A DNA stretch of 64,000 nt from the human T2T-CHM13v2.0 reference genome, Homo sapiens. Where the stretch lies: assembly GCF_009914755.1 (NCBI RefSeq), contig NC_060928.1; one strand, 5' to 3'. Positions 35,258-46,877 of the stretch are shown here, piece by piece; the stretch's first letter is position 1; every line of letters starts with the position of its first letter. The position numbers and the translations under genes are program-made. The notes under the pieces are model-generated. The model searched no databases and was not told the origin of the DNA. It was given only the letters and a program-made list of their open reading frames with translations.

Positions 35258-35364
35258 TACAACTGTCTGGGTTTGCTTGGGACTAAGGGGGTTCCCAGAA
35301 CACAAGACTTTCAGTGTTAAAACCAGAAAACTGCCAGACAAACCAGGATGAGTTAGTTACCCTA
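35258..35364. mobile_element. MER81-like hAT MITE
   Basis: aactgtctgggtttgcttgggact...aaaccaggatgagttagttacccta. Confidence 0.6.
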
Positions 35365-38300
35365 AGTCCTCACCTTTCTTTCCACATCACCCTCTTTGTA
35401 GCACTCAGCACGTGGGATTGTAAGTTAGAATTCTCAGTTCTCTTGCCTTTCTCCTCTGCAAGGCTATGGGTGGGAATGTTTCTTTTGTGTTTCTGATGCT
35501 CATGCCTTCGTTTCTGGCATGTGGCAGATGCTCCGTAAAGTGAATGGAGTTTGTGGAGCAGCCCTGCAACAGCAGACAATCTAGGCAAAGTGGAAATTTT
35601 CCGCCCTGTGACTAGAACAAAAAACCAAAATGAAACAGAACATTAAACACCGGTATGATGTGCTATGTTCTCTTGGGCACTTTTTTCTTTGATTTTCTCA
35701 TCTATACTTTCAAATTTGAGTAAAATTAGACACAGTTCTTTGCAAGAACCCAAATATTCGCAGTCCTTGACAGAACACACTGTCTTCAAACAAACAGAGG
35801 CTCTACTATTTATAGCTGATTGCTTCACCGCTTGTCTTGCCTGTTTTTTAGAATGCCCTTTGCCACGAACAAAGCAGATTGAAAATAGATGTGGGGCCAG
35901 GTTCTGGGAGTCTTCTAACATTTCTTTATTCTCTTAAACACTGATAAAATTGACCCATTCTTGGAATTTGCCTCCTGAATGCTGCAGCAGCTGGAGCACC
36001 AGACATGTGACTCTCTTTGATATCACTTCTGTCTGTGTGCCCTCCAGCCAACTTTGTTTACCTCTACAAAAGTGCCCTTGAACAAAGGTGCCCTGCAACT
36101 TAGAGTTAATGGAAAAGCAACTGAAGTAAACATTAAAAAGTGAGACTCAGACAAAGACATCATTTAACCAGAGCCATCGATTCCACAGTCCCAGTTCAGA
36201 GAAAAATCATTTCTATTGTTGAGTAGGGAATAAATTTATGCCCAAAAGCCAAGTGTGCCTATAATGCTTATGAACAACCACATGAATGGAAACCCTGGAC
36301 AGAATGAGGGACCAGAAGGAATTAAATTCACATCTTCTGTCGCCCACATTTAAAAAGAGAGAAACTAGGAAATTGAAACCTATTTATGTTATGCATCTGC
36401 AAAAACAGAAGCTGTGTAAGAAGTTACTCCTAATGAATGAGAAAATAAAACATGAAACTTTAAAATGAGAATCAATTATATTTTATCAGTATATTTCCAG
36501 ATCTTTAATAATGAGCTATGCCTTCCATACAGAATTGAATCACATCAATCAAAGTGAAGAACTCAGCACAAAAGCAATTAGAGGGAAATATTTGGAAGAC
36601 TACAAAAACATAGTGTTGTAGATAAAAGTAAATATATTATTTTGGTTTGGAAAAATATTTCAAACTCTACTTAAGGTTTATAAATCCTTTCTGTAATTCA
36701 TGATAAAGGGGGAAACTCTTGATTATTATCCTCAAGACATACACATATCATGTCTACGTGAATGAATCTGAAACCTGTCTGAATGAGGATAACTCCAGAG
36801 GTCACGACAGATGACTCATCTACCCAAATGCAGCCACCAGAGCCCTGATTTGAACCCTGGGCATACAGCTTTTTAAACACACCCCAGCATTTGCCTGCAA
36901 ATGTGTCCTCACAGCTATAATTTCACTTCCAAACTCACTAAAGAGTCATCTATCAATGCACTACTGACTGGTTTTTACACATAGTGAGTTGCAAAGCAGT
37001 ATTTTAAAACCAGCTATGTAAGAAAACCCATATTTCCCTAGCTTTATGTGCTCTAGAGCTATAAGGACATAAAGCTAATGGAAATGAGAAGGAAAAGCAA
37101 ACGTCCCCTTCCTCCTTCCATCGGATCTGGCTTTCTGGTCACCGTGTTTTATCAGATTAAAATGTAAAATGAGACTAGTAAAGCTGATTTAAATAATCTC
37201 TCTCTATCTAACCATGAGAAAAATTGGAAGGCCCAACTAAGGTCGTGTTAAATGTTAACCTCTGCCAGGAATTGAGGCTGAAGTTTCACCAGCAGAACAG
37301 GAAGTTGCATTCTATAACTGCAGTCAACTTGCCTCTATTGTCTTTACAGAGCACCAGATAACGTTAAAAATTCAAAATTGCTAAAACACCACAAATAACT
37401 TCTTTCTCTGTCTTCATGACATATTTTATGTTTTCTTTTTATTTTTTGTCTTTCTGACCCTCTAACTAAGTTGATATTTTACTTCTCGAGTCCCTAAGAC
37501 CTTACTTTATAGCTTCAGAATTTTAGAGTCAGAAGGGGTCATAATCTAAGGTTCCTGAGAAGGCTATAACCTTAGGGGGTGAAAAAGAGAGAAAAATATA
37601 TTTAAATAAGTTTTGTTATCTGATAAACTTACTGACTTGTTTTCCCTTTTATCACAGACTGGATAGAACTTTGTCTAAAATGAACATTGATCCACAGACT
37701 ATAGCTTGGGAACCCCTGATCTAATTTCATCCCCTAACTGTCAGCTAAAGAAATTAAAACTCAGGGTCACTTGGCCGAGATCACAGAGTTCATTGCTTTT
37801 GAAGGGAGCCAGGCTTTAGACACTCAAGTCTCTTGACTGTGTAGTGTGTATTCTATCATACAGGCACCACCCCCCGCCAACTCCCTACCCACAAATAAAG
37901 CTAATGCTACCATTTTTATATACCACTCATGGTAATCTGCAAAATTAAGTGAAATTATAGTGTATTTTAAGCCAAACATATAATTTGATTATAAAAATTA
38001 AGACTTTATTCTAGACCTATAATTATAAAATTAAAATTATAATTCCATAATTTTATAAATTCTCATGTTCACAAACAATGTAACAATGTCATGCAATGGA
38101 ATAATTTCATCCAAATTGCAGATGATGCCAAATTAATGCTTTACAACTATTTTATTATGAAGTTAATTAAAAAGCATTATATAAAACTATGTGGACATAA
38201 TTATCTCAAAAATGAAAAGGAATATTAAAATATATGTCTAGTTAAAAGATTTAAAGATAATATTCCAAAATAACAATGGTTATGTCTGATAGTAATATTC

Positions 38301-39262
38301 TGGATACTTTTTTCCTTTTGAATGTTTCTATAATTTCACTCTTTTTAAAAATATTCATCTTTTCTTTTGTAATGATAAGAATCGACTACATTTTTAAGTC
38401 CAAAGAATAAAAATAAATCTAATATCGTGTTTGTGTATGTTATGCCAACATGCTTTTTTTTTTTTTTTTAAGTAACACAGACGTGTTCATTCAAATAAGT
38501 TGACATTTTCATCTTGGTTAGCTGGTTTGATGAAAGTCCAAATCACATGCCAATGAGTAAACTCACTAGCCCATATGACCCAGCTCTGAAAAAGAAAGGC
38601 ATATAATTTTGTTTCACAAACATTGAGAAGCAGCAACTTTTGGGGTGGGAGGGGTGCTAGAAACATCCTTTGACCAACATTTATGTGAAATGCATGTGCC
38701 AGAAATTATAATGACAGAAAAAGGAATTTGATGTCAAACATTTTAGTAAATTACAATATGTACTCTAGAAACACTTCCACTAGAAGGAAAACATCCATTT
38801 GACTGAATGTGTAATTTCTATTTTTATAATACAATGTAGGCAGATTATTACAAAAAGTGTATGCAACCATGTGAAGTTTAAAGCTTAAATATAAATAATT
38901 AGTATCTAGCTTGTTTATGGGTTAATAAAACTTTAGAAATCAATTAGAGAAATCATACATTTAATTTCACTTTCGACAATTAAATATGTTAAATTTTTTA
39001 AAAAGCTAAAACAAAATTTTGCAAGGATAAAAATGAAATTAATACTGTCAAATTCTTTTCTGGCTTCATCTGATATTAAACATTAAACAGATGCCTGGCC
39101 TGTTTAAAAAAAAAAAAAATCTTGGATCACAGAAATAAATAGCCTCTGAGAGAATTAAATGGGTTTTTAAAAATGTATTATTCATTTTAACTTTTATGTC
39201 AAAATCATTAAAAAACATATACAGGACATAATAATAGATAAGGGTGACAACAATTGAGATTA

Positions 39263-39482
39263 TAGATGGTCTCCAATTTATGAAGGTTCAACTTAGATTT
39301 TTCTACTTTACAATGGTGCCAAAACCATATGCCTTCAGTACACTCCTCAACTTATGATGCGGTTACCTCTGGATAAACCCATTGTAAGTGGAAAATACCA
39401 TAAGTTGAACTTTACTTACAATATTTCCCACTTACAAGGGGGTTATCGAGATATAACCCCCTTGTAAGTGGAGGAGTATCTG
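39263..39482. mobile_element. MER47/Tigger5-family MITE
   Basis: agatggtctccaatttatga...gtaagtggaggagtatctg; TA flanks; internal inverted repeats. Confidence 0.7.
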
Positions 39483-39489
39483 TATTTGA

Positions 39490-40520
39490 AGGCAAGCTTC
39501 AAAAATCCAACTCAAATTGGCTTGAAGAAAATGAGAATTCATCACTTCATATAAATGAAGCAGCAAGGGGTTCTGGCTTCAGGTGTGGCTGGATCTGAGA
39601 ACCCATAACAGATCTCTAGGACCTGGTCTCTTTCCATCTCCTGAATCTGCTCTTCTCTGCTTTAATTCTGTTACTTATTGTTCCTAAATGCAAACAACAG
39701 AAACCAACTATGGATAGTTTAAGCAGAAAACTAAATTTACTGAAATATTTTAGCTAGCTCACACTACCTTTGGAAAGATTTGAGAATGAAATTCGGGAAC
39801 TTGTATCCAGTAACTCAACTGCAAATCAGGTTAAAAACCAACTCACTGGAGATACCATTGCCAGTATAACTGGTCCCAACAGTTCTAGTTTCAGGCACTG
39901 GATGCTCCTGCTAGAATCATTGCTATTTGTGCTTCTAGAAATGGGATAAAGCTGCTACTGCCTCCTGAGAATAAAGTCCTTATTTACCTCATTGGCTTCT
40001 GATTAAAAGTCTGACAAGAGTGGGTCTGATAGCAAATCCTAGAACACACATATACTGGAGTAAGAAAGACTCAAAGGTAAGAATCTAGCTTTTACAGACA
40101 AAGATGTTCTCATCAGTTGGGGAATTCATCAACATAGGAAAGTTGTTCGAAGGTGCTCAGTGGCCAAAAAGAATAACAAATATATGCCACGGATTTTTCC
40201 TTAGGCATTATATGCTGCCAAATGGCTACCAGCAGCTCCAAAATCCCCCCAGGTCCAACTCGTACAATGAGCGCATCTGTGCTTCTTCCTGCTGACCTGG
40301 CAAAACACTCGTTCCCCACTGGCTCTGACAATGTTTCATGCCCAAGTCTGAACAAATCACATGGTCAGGGGAATGTATGCCTTTGACTGGCCAGCACTGA
40401 ATCACATGCCCACTCCTGGAGATGGAGACAGTGTTATCCCTACTTGAAGCATTTGAAGTACTTATTCTGAGAGCAGAGAATACAGCCCTCCAGAGAGAAA
40501 CTGCTAGATAGTTTCCAAAA
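39490..40520 (-). mobile_element. Old MLT1-type LTR fragments
   Basis: ccaactcaaattggcttgaa...ggcttcaggtgtggctggatc; tgactggccag...tcacatgcccactcctg. Confidence 0.45.
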
Positions 40521-40749
40521 GAATGAATGGAAGAAAGAATAGGAGATGAGGAGGTGGGTAAAGGCAACAAATGTTTTTTACAAATATTTTGATATCCAAC
40601 TTAACTTCTCAGTTCAACCAAGAAACGGAATCAAGTTTCTGGTCAGACCATGTGTTCTGATTTGGATGATCTTTGATTTGGTCATTCTAATAAAAATAAT
40701 TGCAATAATAGTACTAAGAATGACACTTGTATGGTGCTAGGTTTCTCTA

Positions 40750-41040
40750 AGTTACATACATATAAGTTATATATATAGATAAAGTTATATATATAACTTA
40801 TGTTCTAACTAAATATATGTGTGTGTGTATATATATGTGTGTATATATGTATGTATACATATATATATATAAAATCTTCACAACCTTATGCTATATATTA
40901 TTACCATCATTTTATAGATGAAAGGACTGAGACCCAGGATGTTAAATAATTTGATCAAGATCAGATCATTGGTTGAGTAGAGTAACTGGTATTTGAACCC
41001 AGGCAGTCTGACTTGAATCCATTCTCTTAATTATATAGTA
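40750..41040 (-). mobile_element. MIR with (TA)/(TG) microsatellite
   Basis: cattttatagatgaaaggactgagacccagg...atttgaacccaggcagtctgac. Confidence 0.7.
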
Positions 41041-42227
41041 TAAATTCCAAAGAGAGTACATTACCTGTCACTGGTGATCTTTAAGAAGAATCTAGGTAAT
41101 CGCTAAAGGGAGTTGTGAAAGATATTTTTCTATTTAAATCAAGATTGATGATATTTCTCTCCTCTCAGTTGGCTGAATGCAGAGAAGTGCCTTATGGAGA
41201 ACCTACAATTACTCCCTGTGGCCCAGCAGTGTGGGTTCTGCTATCCGGGGGCAGGTCAGGCTGGGGGGACTGTATGACTCATGTTTCCCAGGCTGGCCCA
41301 TGTGCTAATATGCTCTAGCTTCCTTCAAGGAAAGCTACTTCTGGATGTTTGTGGCCTGTCTGGGTGTTCGCAGTTATCCCCCACTCCAAAAATTCCCCTA
41401 GAATGCCTAAGCATTGGCCAGTGAATCCTCATCTCCACATTTCCAAGCAGCTTCTGTAGTCTGGGGCTGCTCAAAGATCTGCTGTGCATAGATAAAAAGG
41501 CTTTGCTAATCTGGTTGACCAGCCTCTCATTCCCCTCTCCTACATCCACGTGATGGCAAAGGAGGAGCCACAAATCCTTCCCAAACCTTGTACACAAATC
41601 TGTTAGTAACAATACAAATTGCACTTGAATGACAATCTACTACCAATTACATTAAACTGTCAGTTTCCACATTCACCTGTAGCAATTTTTACTTTTTCTG
41701 AACCATTCTCGTCATGTCAAATATTGAACCTGTGAGAGTAAAGTTATGTCCATATGCACTATGAGACGGGCATTGCTGACCTCTACCCAACAAATCATTG
41801 CACCTGCTTCTTCCAGCTGACAGAGCCCTGTTCTTGGGACAGGAACTGAAAATGTCAGATTCAGTTGTTTCAGCTATAAGTCCATTACTGGAAATCCTTG
41901 TTTTTTTGCAAAATTAGGCCCTAAAAATAACAGAGCTTATAGGAAAAAGAAGGGGTTGGGGGTTAAAGTAGACCTAAAAAAAATAGTGGGTATTTCAGAA
42001 TATAACTTGGACAACCCCAGGCAGGTAGTTAAGATAGCTAGAGCTACTCAGGATATAATAAAATGCATTAAAACAACATGGACTATTCATTTCTGGTTCA
42101 TGTATTCACATATGGTTCATATATGTTATGCTTAAGAAGTCACTTTAAACAGAGAAAGAAAGAAAGAACAATATGGAATGCATTCCAGAATTCTGAGACA
42201 GTGAGGCTGCTGATAGAGTCGGTATAG

Positions 42228-42628
42228 TGTCAGGCCTCTGAGCCCAAGCTAAGCCATTATATCCCCTGTGACCTGCACATATACATCTAGATGGCCTGAA
42301 GTAACTGAAGAATCACAAAAGAAGTGAAAATGGCCTGTTCCTGCCTTAACTGATGGCATTACCTTGTAAAATGCCTTCTCCTGGCTCATCCTGGCTCAAA
42401 AGCTCCCCTACTGAGCACCTTGTGTCCCCCACCCCTGCCCACCAGAGAACAACCCCCTTTGACTGTAATTTTCCTTTACCTACCCAAATCCTATAAAACG
42501 GCCCCACCCCTATCTCTCTTCGCTGACTCTCTTTTCAGACTCAGCCCACCTGCACTCAGGTGAAGTAAACAGCCTTGTTGTTCACACAAATCCTGTTTGG
42601 TGGTCTCTTCACACGGATGCAAGTGAAA
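42228..42628 (+). mobile_element. LTR7 (HERV-H) solo LTR
   Basis: tgtcaggcctctgagcccaag...gtgaaa; TSD TATAG at 42223-42227 and 42629-42633; TATAAAA at 42492. Confidence 0.93.
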
Positions 42629-42829
42629 TATAGGAGGAAGTGCAACCCGCCACAGGCTTAGAGTTGTATGAGACTCAGGAGTAACAGGTGCCCTCACATA
42701 AGGGAGTGTCGGGAATAAGCATTCATTTTAAATTTTCTTTCACAAAGTTAAAAAAGTTTCCTGCCTGTACAGCTAAAGGCTTTTACTTTTCCTGCTAAAC
42801 ATTATTAATTCTCTCTCCCGCTAGGCTGC

Positions 42830-43410
42830 TATATTCTGCTTTTTTGCTACACCAACACAACTTCCAGAGTATATCGACATAATTCCCCTATTTATCAATG
42901 CATGTCTGTGTACTAATTCATTTTCTGGAAATGGATGTGGCAGAACAGACTGTACCCCCTCTCCAAGCCTGCCTGCAGCAGGCAATGGCCATGTGACTTG
43001 GTTCTGACCAATGAAATAAATATAGGGAGACTGCTGAGAAAGCCTCAAGAAGAACCTCTTCCTTTCCTATTTTACATTTTGTCATATGAGGATATAATAC
43101 TTGGAGCAACTGATGCCATTGTATAGCCATGGAGAGAGATACTGCTGCCACACTGATGGTGAAGAAGAGTAGGAGGAGAAGGAGGAGGAGGAGGAGGGAA
43201 GGAGGAGGTGAAAAAGAAGAAAAGAGAAGAGAGGGAAGGGAAGGGAAGGGGAGGGAAAGGGAGGGAGGGAGGGCAGGGGAGGGGAGGGGAGGGAAGGGAA
43301 GAGGGGAAAAAAGGCAAGAAAAGAGGGGCCAGGTCCTTGATGACAGCATCGAGACACTGAAACAACCCTAGAACTATTTATCTCCAATTCAAACTTTTAA
43401 GCCACTTTTG
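42830..43410 (+). mobile_element. Old ERVL LTR (LTR16/LTR33-like) with polypurine tract 43160-43328
   Basis: ggccatgtgacttggttctgaccaatgaaat; cttggagcaactgatgccatt. Confidence 0.5.
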
Positions 43411-43411
43411 G

Positions 43412-43693
43412 CTTTATTTTGTTTTATTTATTTTATTTTATTTTTAGAAAGACAGAACCTCACTCCATCACCCAGGCTGGAGTGCGTGATCATAACTCAC
43501 TGCAGTCTTGAATTCCTGGGCTCAAGTGAGCCTCCCACCTCAGTCTCCCAACCTAGATAATTTTTTAATTTTTTGTGAAGACTGGAGTCTAGCCATGTTG
43601 CCTTGGCTGATCTTGAATTCCTGGCCTCAAGCGATCCTCCTGCCTTGGACTCCCAAAGCACTGAGATTACAGGCATGAGCCACTGTGCCAGGC
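43412..43693 (-). mobile_element. AluJ
   Basis: T-rich tail followed by Alu dimer. Confidence 0.88.
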
Positions 43694-43751
43694 AGGTCTT
43701 ATTCTCTTTACCTGCAGCACGCCAATATCTCCTGCATTTCCTGTAGAGCAC

Positions 43752-44350
43752 TATGAAAGGAAAATAAATCTTGGAATCTCAAAATAACTAAGCCAAGAGT
43801 AAAGTCAAGCTGGGAACTATGTTAGGCAGACCTGCCTCCCATTTTATTCCTAAATAAGATAGCTACAAAGATAAGAAGCTACATATCTCCCTTACAATTT
43901 GCCCACAGGAAATTCCTTGTGGACAAAGGACAGACAGAGCTCAAAATCATCCCTGTGAGGCTCACCTGAGACAAACGCATACCTGATTGCTTCCTCTGCC
44001 CTATTGTTTATGTAAAAATGCAGATTCACTAAGTCAGACTAGATTGTGCATTCAGTGGAAGGCTGATCAAGGACTCAAAAGAATGCAACCTTTTGTCTCT
44101 TATCTACTTCTAACCTGGAAGCCTTCACTTCAAGTTGTCCCACCTTCCCAGAATGAACCAATATACATCTTACACATATTGATTGATGTCTCATGTCTCC
44201 CTAAAATGTATAAAAGCAAACTGTACCCCTGACCACCTCGGTCACATACTGTCAGGACTTCCTGAGGCTGTGTTACGGGTGTGTCCTTAACCTTGGCAAA
44301 ATAAACTTTCTAAATTGACTGAGACCTGTCTCTGATATTTGGGGTTCACA
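43752..44350 (+). mobile_element. MER4A1-like solo LTR (ERV1)
   Basis: tatgaaaggaaaataaatcttgg...ggggttcaca; 4-bp TSD GCAC at 43748-43751 and 44351-44354. Confidence 0.85.
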
Positions 44351-44366
44351 GCACTCACAAATCTAC

Positions 44367-44763
44367 TGTATTTGTTTCCTACGGGCCTGTAACAAAGTAT
44401 CACAGACTGGGTGACTTAAAGAACAGAAATTTATTGTCTCACAGTTCTGGAGCCTGGAAGTCCAAGATCAAGGTGTGGGCAGGGTTAGTTCCTTCTGAGA
44501 GCTAAGAGAAAAGGATCTGTTCTAGCCTCTCTTCTTGGCTTGTAGATAGCGATCTTCTCTCTACGCCTGTTCATACCCAAATTTCCTCTTTTTGTATGAA
44601 CACCAGTCATACTGCATTAGGGCCTACCCTAGTGACCTTATTTTAACTTGGTTACCTCTGTAAAGACCCTATCTCCAAATAAGGTCACATTTTGAGATAC
44701 TTGGGGGAGAGGGCTTTAACATAAGAATTTGAAGGTGAGGGAGACATCATTTAACCCCAAACA
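44367..44763 (-). mobile_element. MLT1B-like LTR
   Basis: cagaaatttattgtctcacagttctggag...aagaccctatctccaaataaggtcaca. Confidence 0.8.
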
Positions 44764-44832
44764 CCCACATAATACTCTGAGACCTGGACAAATGTATTCC
44801 CCTTTCACATACCTTTGTGAAATGTTAGTTAT

Positions 44833-46044
44833 ACAAGTCCACAATCCTTTATCTGAAGCCCTTGGGGCCAGAGGTGTTCGGGAGTTCAGAATTATCTTGA
44901 TTTTTATAAAGATAATGATATTTATATATGTATATTACAGAAGAGTCTAGGGCAATACCCCATAATCAATCATATTGTAATCCAAAAATAAAATTCTAAG
45001 CCTCCCAACTGACTGAATGGATCCTTTCTCTCTGCCAAGGGCATTACGAAGTTAACCTGAAAAACTAGTTCAGACTATGATGGGAAGAGGGGACAGCCAA
45101 ACATCCCTCATTATACTCTCCTCCCTTTGGAATTCAGGCACAACTGACCAGCATTAACATTAAAACAGAGATCTTAAGACTGACAAAATAGGCACTTTGT
45201 AGCAATAATATACCAAATTCCAACCTGACTCTAGTATCTCATCACATGACATATAGCAGGCCCTGAAAGAAATCTGAGTATTTTATCCCAAAATATATTT
45301 CTTTGACATATTTTGAAATGACCCTGCAAAGCTGTCTCCTACGGGAAAAATCTACATTGTATAGAGAATCCCCTTCCATTTCCAGGTCTTTTCCTGATCC
45401 AGGAGAGATTAATTAAGAGTTTGGTAACTTTTGGAGTCTAATAAGAGACATTTTCATCTATTCTTTCTGAAGGCTGCTACCTGGAGGCTTCATCTACATA
45501 GTAAGAAGCTTGGCCTCCAAAATCCCTTATCTTAACTCAGACATTCCTTTCTATTGATTCCAGTTCTTTAGCTAATAACTCTATCAACCAAGTGCTAGTC
45601 AGGAAACCTTTGAAGCTACCTATGACTTGAAAGCCTCTGCTTCAAGTTGTCCTCCCTTTCTGGACCAAGCCAACTTAGGCCTTATATATATTGATTGATG
45701 TCTGCCTGTAACTTCTGTCCCCCTAAAATGTACAAAATCAAGCTGTAACCCAACCACCTTGGGCACATGTTCTCAGGACCTCTTGAGACTGTGCCTCGGG
45801 CCTTGGTTATTCATATTTGGCTTAGAATAAATCCTTTCAAATATTTTACAAAGTTTGACTCTTTTTCATCCACAATGTTAACCTTATTGCAGTAAAACAA
45901 AGAAATATTCCCGCTACACAAGAGAAAGACTATGAAAACCTTCACAGTAATTCAGGTCAGGTTTTGCTATCAAATGAATTTTTAAAAATGTTTGTTTTCA
46001 TGCTTTCATAATTTCAGAATTGTAGATAAGGGATTTTGGACCTG
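44833..46044. mobile_element. MER46C/Tigger4-family element split by an LTR
   Basis: Terminal inverted repeats caagtccacaatcctttatct ... agataagggattttggacctg. Confidence 0.7.
44976..45874 (+). mobile_element. MER4D-like solo LTR (ERV1)
   Basis: tgtaatccaaaaataaaattctaagcc...gactctttttcatccaca; TSD ATAT/ATGT. Confidence 0.82.
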
Positions 46045-46590
46045 AATTGCCTACTCTCTGTCACTTGAAACCTTACTCAATTTCTAAGTTTGCCCAACCT
46101 TTCTTCCCTGAGCTTTTCCTCCTTCTCTCCTTTCTTCTATGACTAGTTGTTCCATTTCCTGTCTCCTTATCTTCTTTCCTTCCCAAGACTTTTAGAAGAA
46201 CAGTTAATTTTTTGTTGATGCCCTTACCAATCTGCACAAGCAAATTTAAGTAGAAACATCTGTACATCCCTTATGTCAGGCCTCTGAGCCCAAGCCAAGC
46301 CATCGCGTCCCCTGTGACTTGCACGTATACACGCCCAGATGGCCTGAAGTAACTAAAGAATCACAAAAGAAGTGAATATGCCCTGCCCCACCTTAACTGA
46401 TGACATTCCACCACAAAAGAAGTGTAAATGGCCGGTCCTTGCCTTAAGTGATGACATTACCTTGTGAAAGTCCTTTTCCTGGCTCATCCTGGCTCAAAAA
46501 GCACTCCCACTGAGCACCTTGCGACCCCCACTCCTACCCGCCAGAGAACAACCCCCTTTGACTGTAATTTTCCTTTAGCTACCCAAATCC

Positions 46591-46597
46591 TATAAAA
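46591..46597 (+). promoter_or_regulatory. TATA box of the HERV-H 5' LTR
   Basis: TATAAAA upstream of the R region; the 3' LTR copy reads TGTAAAA. Confidence 0.75.
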
Positions 46598-46727
46598 TGG
46601 CCCCACCCCTATCTCCCTTCACTGACTCTCTTTTCGGACTCAGCCCACCTGCACCCAGGTGATTAAAAGCTTTATTGCTCACACAAAGCCTGTTTGGTGG
46701 TCTCTTCACACAGACGCGCATGAAATT

Positions 46728-46745
46728 TGGTGCCGTGACTTGGAT
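46728..46745 (+). other. tRNA-His primer binding site
   Basis: TGGTGCCGTGACTTGGAT immediately after the 5' LTR (one CpG change from consensus). Confidence 0.9.
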
Positions 46746-46868
46746 CGGGGGACCTCCCTTGGGAGCTCAATCCCCTGTCCTCCTGTTCTTTGCTCGGTGA
46801 GAAAGATCCACCTACGACCTCAGGTCCTCAGACTGACCAGCCCAAGGAACATCTCACCAATTTTAAAT

Positions 46869-46877
46869 CAGGTAAGC
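46869..46877 (+). promoter_or_regulatory. HERV-H major splice donor
   Basis: CAG|GTAAGC ~145 nt downstream of the 5' LTR. Confidence 0.75.

Noticed and set aside
40782-40799. 18-bp perfect palindrome AAGTTATATATATAACTT
   Set aside because: Mostly (TA)n, which is self-complementary
42918-43387. Pro/Ser-rich and Arg/Glu/Gly-rich ORFs
   Set aside because: Translations of a polypurine tract
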